From the NCBI GenBank assembly GCA_016932135.1, contig JAFGDJ010000137.1:1-58502 (forward strand): DNA of 58,502 nucleotides. Direction: 5' to 3'. The notes under the pieces are model-generated. The model worked only from the letters and a program-made list of their open reading frames with translations. It made no database searches and was not told where the DNA came from. Position numbers and translations under genes: made by a program. Source of the stretch: Spirochaetales bacterium (GTDB taxonomy: Bacteria; Spirochaetota; Spirochaetia; JAFGDJ01). This document shows, piece after piece, positions 28,167-35,495 of this stretch. Every line of letters begins with the position of its first letter. Position 1 is the stretch's first letter.

Positions 28167-28180
28167 TGGGGACAGAGGAA
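28167..28180 (+). repeat. exact copy of 14-mer TGGGGACAGAGGAA (left arm of inverted doublet)
   Basis: Intergenic. Read as ATG GGG ACA GAG GAA GTT TAA (28166-28186). Confidence 0.9.
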
Positions 28181-28221
28181 GTTTAAAATAACTGTATTTT
28201 AATCTAATAGAATACTAATTT

Positions 28222-28235
28222 TTCCTCTGTCCCCA
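28222..28235 (-). repeat. exact copy of 14-mer TGGGGACAGAGGAA, inverted (right arm of doublet)
   Basis: ttcctctgtcccca on the + strand, with a 41-nt AT-rich spacer from the left arm. Confidence 0.9.
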
Positions 28236-28268
28236 ATAAACATGTTCCAAGAAACACACTTTTTTCTC

Positions 28269-28295
28269 TTGTACCACTTCCTTCAGTACTATAAT
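28269..28295 (+). promoter_or_regulatory. candidate promoter for the PEGA-protein operon
   Basis: Perfect TATAAT at 28290-28295. TTGTAC lies 15 nt upstream, which is short spacing. Confidence 0.3.
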
Positions 28296-28343
28296 ATAGT
28301 GACACCAACCTATTGAAAATCTTATATGGTATGGGAGAACTAC

Positions 28344-29885
28344 ATGAAAAAAATGCTCTTCCTTTTTGCGCTCCTTGTTTTTATTCTCACTTCTTTTTCC
28401 CTTTTTTCTGACGACCTTCCCCTATTAGCTGTACCGAACATCGCGGCCTCCAACGTTCCGGAGGCCTTGGCCGGTACCTGTAGAAACATGGTGGAAACAG
28501 CCCTCTTAAAAACCGGCAGGTATACCGTACTGTCTTACACCGATATCGAAGAGATCCTATCTGCCCAGGCGTTTTCCTTATCCGGGTGTACCGACGAGTC
28601 CTGCGCCATCGAGATTGGGAAACTTCTGGCGGCGGATAACATCGTGGTAGGTGAACTTTCCCTGGTAGCAGAAAATCACGTCCTGGCCATCCGCCTGGTG
28701 AACGTCACTTCCGGCAGAACTTTAAGCGCAGAAGTGGTCAATATTGAAGACCTTTCAACCCTGCAGGAAGCAGCGTTCACAGCCGCCTACGCTCTGACGG
28801 GACTAAAATACCTAGCCGGCAGTGCCGTTACCGAAACCGGTGGGCTTTACATTCTTGCCCCGGCGGGCCGTACCCTGGAAGTCTTTCTAGACGGCTCTTC
28901 AAAAGGGTTTACCCCCCTGCTGGTTGAAGATATCCCTTTCGGGGTTCATCTTCTGGAAGCCCGGGCTGAGGGTTATATCTACATCTCTGAAATAAGTGTG
29001 GCGTCTAAAGATATTGTGGAGATTACCGCCGACACGGCCCTGTTGAAAGGAAACCTGTTTCTCGCCGTAACACCTCCGGATGCTTCGGGTTTCCAGGTTT
29101 TCATCGACGGTACCCAGGCCTCCGTCGGTTTACTGAGAGACTTACCGGCGGGACAACGGTCGATCACTATTACCGGCGGAGGATGGTACTACCAGGATAC
29201 GATTACCGTGGAAAGCGGCAAAACCGCCCGGCTCAGCGCATCTCTCTTAGAAGCCGGTACAGCGGTCTTTATCGCTCCCGAAGGAGCTGTCTTGAACCTC
29301 GCCGGTGACCTGGAGATTCCGGAAGCCAAGGTCAACATGGGGATTGATTTGCCCACCGGTGAATGGGCTTATAACATCACCCATCCTGATTACATCCCGG
29401 TTGAAGGAAGATTGACGGTAAAACGCGGGGGGACAGAGGAAGTCAGGCCGGAATATATGCACAACGAAGCCTGGGAACTATCTCGGATGATCGAAGAGGC
29501 GGAAGCCGACTTGCTTAAGGCGCAGAAAAACCGGAAAAGTTTAAATAACCTAGCTCGATTCCTCGGCTTCACGGGGGTGTCAGGCTTAGCCGCCTCCGGA
29601 ACCGCCGAAGGATTGATCCAGTACCACCTGTACAATATCGAAAAAAAGACCCCCCTGTACGAGGCTGCCACCGACACCTCTCTTGCCCAGGAACTGGGTC
29701 GGAGCATCGACAAGAGCATCGCCGCAATCGATCCTTTTCTGCGGAACTTACGAAACTACAGCCTCGTTATCGGCGGATCGAGCCTGGTCGCATCCGGGAT
29801 CTTTTTCCTCCTCCAGCCCGATATAACTAAACTGGAGGAACAACTGGTATCCCTCCAGGCTCGACTCGAGGAGGCGCGGAAATGA
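28344..29885 (+). CDS. PEGA-domain envelope protein with LpoB/CsgG-like N-terminal domain and C-terminal TM anchor
   Basis: Signal peptide. N-domain motif SGCTDESCAIEIGKLLAADNIVVGEL..RLVNVTSGR. PEGA-like modules (LEVFLDGSSKGFTPLLVEDIPFGVHLLEARAEGY). C-terminal TM helix plus a short coiled coil. ATG 28344 follows GGGAGA. Confidence 0.7.
   Translation: MKKMLFLFALLVFILTSFSLFSDDLPLLAVPNIAASNVPEALAGTCRNMVETALLKTGRYTVLSYTDIEEILSAQAFSLSGCTDESCAIEIGKLLAADNIVVGELSLVAENHVLAIRLVNVTSGRTLSAEVVNIEDLSTLQEAAFTAAYALTGLKYLAGSAVTETGGLYILAPAGRTLEVFLDGSSKGFTPLLVEDIPFGVHLLEARAEGYIYISEISVASKDIVEITADTALLKGNLFLAVTPPDASGFQVFIDGTQASVGLLRDLPAGQRSITITGGGWYYQDTITVESGKTARLSASLLEAGTAVFIAPEGAVLNLAGDLEIPEAKVNMGIDLPTGEWAYNITHPDYIPVEGRLTVKRGGTEEVRPEYMHNEAWELSRMIEEAEADLLKAQKNRKSLNNLARFLGFTGVSGLAASGTAEGLIQYHLYNIEKKTPLYEAATDTSLAQELGRSIDKSIAAIDPFLRNLRNYSLVIGGSSLVASGIFFLLQPDITKLEEQLVSLQARLEEARK
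29429..29441 (+). repeat. exact copy of 13-mer GGGGACAGAGGAA inside the PEGA-protein gene
   Basis: Read as GGG ACA GAG GAA (..RGGTEEV..). Confidence 0.9.
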
Positions 29886-31291
29886 AACTGAAATTCATCG
29901 TTCTTTTTGTCATGGTTGTCCTTGTTTTTTCCGCCTGCGATCTCTTCAGTCCGGATCGGTTCTACACCGCCGTGGATACCTACAACCAGACTGAGCAGCC
30001 CCTGGATTCCAACTACTGGCGCAGGCTCTACTATACGGGCGCTGACCTGAATGCCGGGGATATAAACGATCAGAATATTGTTATTGTTGAAAATACGGCT
30101 TATGTCCTGGGATCGTACTACCAAGAGAGAGACAATGTCAGCCGGGTAAAAACCTTCGGACAAATCACTCTTGATACCTTGGAAGCCAGAAGCCTGGAAC
30201 TTCCAATGGGGACAGAGGAAAACCTCTACTGGTGGGAGGACACCTTCACCCAGGCCGACGGGGATCTTTTCCTGGTCTTTTTTGATTCAGAAGCCGCCAC
30301 TGCGTCCCTCCACCTGTACCGATACAGCCCGGTAGACGGCCTATGGGAAGACGTTACCTTGGAGCTGGGAGCAACAACTCCATCGTATATCGAAATGATA
30401 CATTGTAACGATCGTTTCTTCTTTCTCGGATGCTTTGGTGATGAAGACAGAACCCATAAAATCTTTGAATACCTAGCCGGTGAATTTACTGAGATTTTTT
30501 CATACACCCTCGGTATTTTCGCCTATGAATGCCTTATAACCACCAACGGCACTGAGATGATCTTCTTCGACCTTTATGATCTTTCTTTCGTATGGCGCCT
30601 CAGCACTATGGGGGAAGAAATTGTTACAGACCACCCAGATACTGCCGAGTTCACCGACTACAAAACCCAGGCGTTCCTTACCGACTCAAACCGTCTCTGC
30701 CTTCTTCGCTGGGATAAGAACAGCGACCTCGAAATTCCCTTTACCTTTGATCCCCTTATCCTGGACTACGTAGATCTGGATGGTGACCTCACCTGGAAGC
30801 GGGAAAGCTATGATGCCTACCCGCGGCTGGGCGGGGACTCTCTGGAAGCGGAAATGTATCAAAACGATATATACTTTCTGCCTGCTACCGATTGGGACGG
30901 TTCGGATGATCTGGACAATGAGCCGGCGGAACTCTTTCGAATCAACAACGATGATCTTGCCTTGGAGAATCTGGGCTCCCTTCCTTTGAGCACGGAAGGT
31001 ACATTCTGGTATAACTTTGAAATCACGGCGACTTTCAATGATATGCTGTCCTTCAATCTCAACGTGGGTACTATTCAGCGGCCGAAAGCTTATTTTTATA
31101 ACCCCGGAGCCCCGGACGGAAATAAATGGATACCCCTGCCTGATTGCAGGGATATCATGGGAATCACCTGGAGCCCGTGGCCCTACAATGATCTGGGGTG
31201 GTATAACGGGAAATATTATACCGGCGGGGTGGACGGCAGCCCTCAGACTATTTCCCGCTGCCTTCTCGAATACACCCCCCCGGTATTCTAA
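29882..31291 (+). CDS. hypothetical lipoprotein, Trp/Tyr/Asp-rich (possible beta-propeller-like)
   Basis: ATGA start/stop overlap with the PEGA gene and lipobox VFSAC. No family recognised; repeated aromatic-Gly strand patterns. Confidence 0.6.
   Translation: MKLKFIVLFVMVVLVFSACDLFSPDRFYTAVDTYNQTEQPLDSNYWRRLYYTGADLNAGDINDQNIVIVENTAYVLGSYYQERDNVSRVKTFGQITLDTLEARSLELPMGTEENLYWWEDTFTQADGDLFLVFFDSEAATASLHLYRYSPVDGLWEDVTLELGATTPSYIEMIHCNDRFFFLGCFGDEDRTHKIFEYLAGEFTEIFSYTLGIFAYECLITTNGTEMIFFDLYDLSFVWRLSTMGEEIVTDHPDTAEFTDYKTQAFLTDSNRLCLLRWDKNSDLEIPFTFDPLILDYVDLDGDLTWKRESYDAYPRLGGDSLEAEMYQNDIYFLPATDWDGSDDLDNEPAELFRINNDDLALENLGSLPLSTEGTFWYNFEITATFNDMLSFNLNVGTIQRPKAYFYNPGAPDGNKWIPLPDCRDIMGITWSPWPYNDLGWYNGKYYTGGVDGSPQTISRCLLEYTPPVF
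30207..30220 (+). repeat. exact copy of 14-mer TGGGGACAGAGGAA inside the lipoprotein gene
   Basis: Read as ATG GGG ACA GAG GAA (..LPMGTEEN..). Confidence 0.9.
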
Positions 31292-31300
31292 AGAATCCAT

Positions 31301-31326
31301 CCTCGGCCGACTCTAGTCGGTCGAGG
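31301..31326. terminator. stem-loop between convergent lipoprotein and acyltransferase genes
   Basis: cctcggccgac / tcta / gtcggtcgagg is an 11-bp stem with one G-U pair. The loop contains the minus-strand stop codon. Confidence 0.45.
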
Positions 31327-32137
31327 TAACCGCCTCCAGGTGTTCCTCGATACCGAAGCCGGAAAGGAGCCGTTTGTTCAGCTCCGTCATGAAGCGCACC
31401 GCCGGGGCACCGTCCACCACATCGTGGTTCATCGCCAGGGTCAGAGAGAGAACTTCCCGTATTTTGATCTCATCGTTCACCACCAGGGGTTTTTTCCCGA
31501 AACCTCCCACCAGGAGACTTAAGACATGGGGGGTAATGGGAATGGCGTAACCGCTCCCCCCGGCGAACATAGACAGGGCGGATAATCCCACGGTTCCGAA
31601 AAACTTCCGCCGGAGCACGGGGTTCCGGCGCATGATATAGGCCAGGACCAGCCGCCGCATGAAGCGGGGCATTTTTTCCACGACAACCCGGGCGGTGCTT
31701 CTCTGGGTGTCTCCGGCTATGGCCGATTCGGCGGTGGATTTCTGGGCATCCTCGAGTTCCCGGTAGATTTCGTCCAGGCTTTTTTTATCGGCTGCCCTGA
31801 GGATATAGGTGGTGGCGTGGCGTTCCCCCTGGATTTCCCGCTCCACGATGGTATTGACGTCGACATCGTTGAAAATGATGAGTTTCTTCCGCCCTTTCAG
31901 GTACCCTTGCAGCATGGGGTAATCGATCAAGGTATGACTGAAGACGAAGAGAAGATACGCCGTCAGGGAAAGACCTCTGTCCCTCTCCCGACGGTAATGG
32001 CGAATCGCCCGACGAATATCGGTCACATCCACGTCGAAAAGTCCGCGGATAGTGTGGTTCCGTGCCGCTTCGATCTGGTAATCCGCTATCCGCTGCCGCA
32101 CAGGGGGGAAAGGCAGCATTTTATAATCCCTCTGCAT
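31313..32137 (-). CDS. 2-oxoacid dehydrogenase E2-type acyltransferase catalytic domain protein (stand-alone, no lipoyl domain)
   Basis: 274 aa with C-terminal catalytic motif LTLAMNHDVVDGAPAVRF (DHRxxDG / CAT-like His-Asp-Gly). Confidence 0.7.
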   Translation of the reverse strand: MQRDYKMLPFPPVRQRIADYQIEAARNHTIRGLFDVDVTDIRRAIRHYRRERDRGLSLTAYLLFVFSHTLIDYPMLQGYLKGRKKLIIFNDVDVNTIVEREIQGERHATTYILRAADKKSLDEIYRELEDAQKSTAESAIAGDTQRSTARVVVEKMPRFMRRLVLAYIMRRNPVLRRKFFGTVGLSALSMFAGGSGYAIPITPHVLSLLVGGFGKKPLVVNDEIKIREVLSLTLAMNHDVVDGAPAVRFMTELNKRLLSGFGIEEHLEAVTSTD

Positions 32138-32189
32138 GATGGTATTTTACCTAAAAGTCTCTTTTTGGGGAAGAAGGCGGAAAGAGTTA

Positions 32190-32218
32190 TTGACCCAGGG
32201 CGGTGTATCATGGATTAT
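32190..32218 (+). promoter_or_regulatory. candidate sigma70-type promoter
   Basis: TTGACC (32190-32195) - 17 nt - GATTAT (32213-32218) with TG just upstream; 47 nt before the GTG 32266 start. Confidence 0.35.
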
Positions 32219-32265
32219 TGTTTTTACAAAGGCTTTCTTAAGAAATGCTACAAAAGGAGGATTAG

Positions 32266-33531
32266 GTGGACCTTCGTGAAAGGCAGCTCTATGGTATTAT
32301 GATCCTGTTGCTGGCGGGGCTGATCGTTACCGGTTTCCTTTTTCAGGGTTTCGGCCCGACCCTCCGGGGATTCCTGGATATCCAGAGACATCCCGCCAGG
32401 CTGATAAACGATTATACCTCCATCGGCGGAACCGGTGCCACATTAGTAAACGCGGCGGTCACCGCGCTGATCGGTTTACTTCTTGTGGCGATTACCGGGG
32501 TGCGTCTCTCCGGGCCGACCATCGCCGGAGTTCTTACTATCTTAGGGTTCGGATTCTTCGGCAAGACTCCTTTGAACATTCTTCCCATCATCACCGGCGT
32601 ATTCCTGGCCTCTAAAATCGCGAAAAAAACCTTCAGCGAATACCTCTTGATAGCCCTTTTCGGTACGGCTTTGGGTCCCCTGGTTACTTTTCTGGTGTTG
32701 GAGTTCGGTTTGACGGGACTCCCCGCTCTGGTAACGGCAATTCTCGCAGGAATTGTGACGGGGATACTCCTGCCCCCCCTGGCCATGGCCATGTTGCACC
32801 TTCACCAGGGGTACAACCTTTACAACATGGGGCTGACCTGCGGCTTTTTCGGTCTCTTCGCCGCTTCAATCATCACCGCTATCCGAGGTCCGATAGCCAT
32901 CACCGTCATCTGGAACGCTGAACCGCCCCTGCTTTTGCTTCTTCTTATGCCGGTTCTCTCGGTGTACTTTATTCTCGCCGGGATAGTGATGGGAAAGAAG
33001 GACATCTGGCGTTCTTTTATCTCCATTCAACGGCTTCCCGGCCGGCTGCCTTCCGATTTTATCGATATGGCTTCCCCCGCCGGTACCTTTCTCAACATCG
33101 GTCTCCTGGGCCTGGTTTCCTGGCTGTACGTTTTTCTCGTGAAAGGAGCTTTCAACGGCCCGGTGCTGGGGGGCATTCTTACCGTCATGGGCTTCGGAGC
33201 CTTCGGGAAACACCTGAAAAACGTCTGGCCTGTGATGGCCGGGGTCTTTATAAGCTGCCTGGTCTTCGGGAAGGACCCTTCCGCACCCGGTCCGCTGCTG
33301 GCGGCTCTGTTTGCCACCACCCTGGCCCCCCTGGCGGGGGAATTCGGTCCCCTGACGGGAATCATCGCCGGTTTTCTCCACCTGGTGATGGTGGAACGAA
33401 CCGCCGCGTGGCACGGCGGTCTTGATCTGTATAACAACGGCTTCGCCGGAGGTCTTACCGCCGCTTTTCTGGTGGCGGTCATCGATTGGCTCCGGACAAT
33501 CAAACAACGAAAAGAGGCGTTAAAGGGATGA
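32266..33531 (+). CDS. internally duplicated multi-pass membrane protein (DUF1576-like by recollection)
   Basis: GTG start with AAAGGAGGA SD. The two halves share GP(T/V)(I/L)(A/G)G(V/I)LT(I/V)(L/M)GFG(F/A)FGK..N(I/V).P(I/V)..GVF(L/I). Confidence 0.7.
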   Translation: MDLRERQLYGIMILLLAGLIVTGFLFQGFGPTLRGFLDIQRHPARLINDYTSIGGTGATLVNAAVTALIGLLLVAITGVRLSGPTIAGVLTILGFGFFGKTPLNILPIITGVFLASKIAKKTFSEYLLIALFGTALGPLVTFLVLEFGLTGLPALVTAILAGIVTGILLPPLAMAMLHLHQGYNLYNMGLTCGFFGLFAASIITAIRGPIAITVIWNAEPPLLLLLLMPVLSVYFILAGIVMGKKDIWRSFISIQRLPGRLPSDFIDMASPAGTFLNIGLLGLVSWLYVFLVKGAFNGPVLGGILTVMGFGAFGKHLKNVWPVMAGVFISCLVFGKDPSAPGPLLAALFATTLAPLAGEFGPLTGIIAGFLHLVMVERTAAWHGGLDLYNNGFAGGLTAAFLVAVIDWLRTIKQRKEALKG

Positions 33532-33902
33532 TACGAACAGATTTATTGTTGCAGCTGATCACCGAGATCTCCAGTTTTATCCTGGAAGGCCGGCCCAACC
33601 GCATGGTTATATCCCTCCATCAGGAGCCCGGGGGGCTGCACCTGGCAATACTGGATGACAAAAAAAGGACCGATGAAGAGATCACCGAGATATCCCGGGC
33701 TCTCAATAAAACGAAGCGGCCCGAACTCTCCGGGTATTACGGCACTATGACGGGCCATGATTTTCTGGGGAATGCCAGGCTGGATATGCTGGGCTGGCAG
33801 GTGAAACACGCCGATGTAAACCGTACCGCCGAAGGCATCAAGATCGACCTCTGGCTGGGCAACGATAAGTTCGATCCGACGAATTTCAACTTGCCGTCAT
33901 AA
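33528..33902 (+). CDS. hypothetical small cytoplasmic protein, translationally coupled to the upstream membrane protein
   Basis: ATGA overlap at 33528-33531; 124 aa with no recognised domain. Confidence 0.5.
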   Translation: MIRTDLLLQLITEISSFILEGRPNRMVISLHQEPGGLHLAILDDKKRTDEEITEISRALNKTKRPELSGYYGTMTGHDFLGNARLDMLGWQVKHADVNRTAEGIKIDLWLGNDKFDPTNFNLPS

Positions 33903-33904
33903 AA

Positions 33905-33925
33905 CCCCCGGAAGACCTCCGGGGG
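33905..33925. terminator. bidirectional stem-loop terminator
   Basis: cccccgga / agacc / tccggggg is an 8-bp GC-rich stem, flanked by aaaa on the 5' side, between convergent genes. Confidence 0.55.
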
Positions 33926-33952
33926 CAGTTATGGAAAGAAAGATAAAACTAA

Positions 33953-35335
33953 TCAAGCGGATTCTCCCGACTCTGTACTTTTTATAGGATCCGGTTCTCT
34001 ATTCAGTTTGTACCAATCAATATTCCTCGTCAGGACCATCACCAGGGCCAGTAGAGCGAACAGACCGACCGAACCGATGAGCAGAGCATAGTCTTCCGAC
34101 TGAAGCACGGTATAAAGAAAAAGATACAGACTCACCATAACGGGAATCATGGCGAGGCCGGTTTTCCTTCCGGGCATGATCGCCAGGGTATAGAAAACTA
34201 TCAATACCGTTGTTCCCCCGGCCCCCAGAAGGTACGCCGAGGTGAAACCCAGGTGTTCCGAAACGGACAGAAGAAGCAGGTAGAACAGGGTATTGGCCCC
34301 GCCGATCATCAGATACTGAAGGATATGGATCCGCTGCCGAGAAAAGACCTCCATGAGGAAGAAAGCCAGGAAGGGCAGCAAAATAAACAGCACCCCGTAC
34401 TTTACCGAACGTTCCACCCGGGCATAGAGATCCACCGGCTGATATAGGCTGACGCCGAAAGCCGATCCGCTGATATTCCATACCTCCAGATCACCCTCTT
34501 TCCAGACCGCGGGGATGTTTCTCGCCAGGGCATGGATGGACCAGGAAGCGGTAAAGCCTTCTTCATCCTTCAGGTCCCGTTCCTCCGGAAGAAACGCCCC
34601 TTCAAAGGACGGCGCCGGCCAGTCCGAATCAAGAAATACCTTTGTTTCATGCCCGAAGGGGATAAATTCCAGGCTTCCGGCTCCCCGGGTATTCAAGGTT
34701 ACATAGAATTTGTTTGCTTCGTTGTTTTCCCAGCCGGCCTCGAGATTGTATTCCACGTTATAGGGAAAGAGACCCAGGGAACCGCCGTTGGATTGAAAAT
34801 CACCACTTTTTCCGTTCCAGGTTATACCGGTTCCTGCCTCTAAGGCCCTCATTTCCGGCAGTTCAATGAATAGTTTCGCGTCTTTCCAGTAGATATCTCC
34901 GTCTTCCAGGTGGAGCTTTTCAATGTCCGGTTTGAGGAAATTCCCCGACAGGATCATCTCAGCGGCATAGACAGGAACTTCATAGATCCCGCGCTTGCGG
35001 ACCTCTGTCCTTAAGGCAACCCGGATATCCAGATGCTCCGCCGTGATGAAGAAGTTCTTAATTTCCGTTTCCGTTACCTCCCCCCTGTCGGTTTCAACGC
35101 TATAGGTCCTCCGATAGGGAACGGCGATCAAGGGTCCGGCCATGGTCTGGGGACCTCCCCAGAGAGCCATGATCTCCTGTTTCGCCTCTTCGCTTCTGTA
35201 TTGCCGGTCTGCAACGATTACCCGGATCATGGACAGAGGTATGAGAAAAAACAGCACCAGTAGAACGATCAGCACCACCTTGCCCACTGAACCGTAGGAC
35301 AGGCTCCTCAATTTTGTTCCTTTGATCTCTTTCAT
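33953..35335 (-). CDS. creD: cell envelope integrity inner-membrane protein CreD
   Basis: N-terminal TM, then QYRSEEAKQEIMALWGGPQTMAGPLIAVPY, a large periplasmic part and five C-terminal TMs. ATG 35335 has AAAGGAG upstream. Confidence 0.8.
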   Translation of the reverse strand: MKEIKGTKLRSLSYGSVGKVVLIVLLVLFFLIPLSMIRVIVADRQYRSEEAKQEIMALWGGPQTMAGPLIAVPYRRTYSVETDRGEVTETEIKNFFITAEHLDIRVALRTEVRKRGIYEVPVYAAEMILSGNFLKPDIEKLHLEDGDIYWKDAKLFIELPEMRALEAGTGITWNGKSGDFQSNGGSLGLFPYNVEYNLEAGWENNEANKFYVTLNTRGAGSLEFIPFGHETKVFLDSDWPAPSFEGAFLPEERDLKDEEGFTASWSIHALARNIPAVWKEGDLEVWNISGSAFGVSLYQPVDLYARVERSVKYGVLFILLPFLAFFLMEVFSRQRIHILQYLMIGGANTLFYLLLLSVSEHLGFTSAYLLGAGGTTVLIVFYTLAIMPGRKTGLAMIPVMVSLYLFLYTVLQSEDYALLIGSVGLFALLALVMVLTRNIDWYKLNREPDPIKSTESGESA

Positions 35336-35495
35336 AAAAACTCCTTTTCTTCTTATATGTTCCTCCCTAAGGTAGTATGACATTTTGAAAAAAGAATGGC
35401 CCAATTGTGGCAATGTGGTGGCTTTTCTCAGGGATGAACGGGGTTAAAGGCGGCAATCCTTGGTAAGGCGTTTATTCTGTGGTATTCTCCTGATC

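Larger units (their letters stand above)
27568..28235 (-). mobile_element. RAYT-like gene plus adjacent REPIN-like inverted doublet (candidate domesticated REP/RAYT unit)
   Basis: The transposase-like ORF is immediately preceded, 24 nt upstream of its ATG, by the 14-bp perfect inverted repeat at 28167-28180 / 28222-28235. Element boundaries are not defined. Confidence 0.4.
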
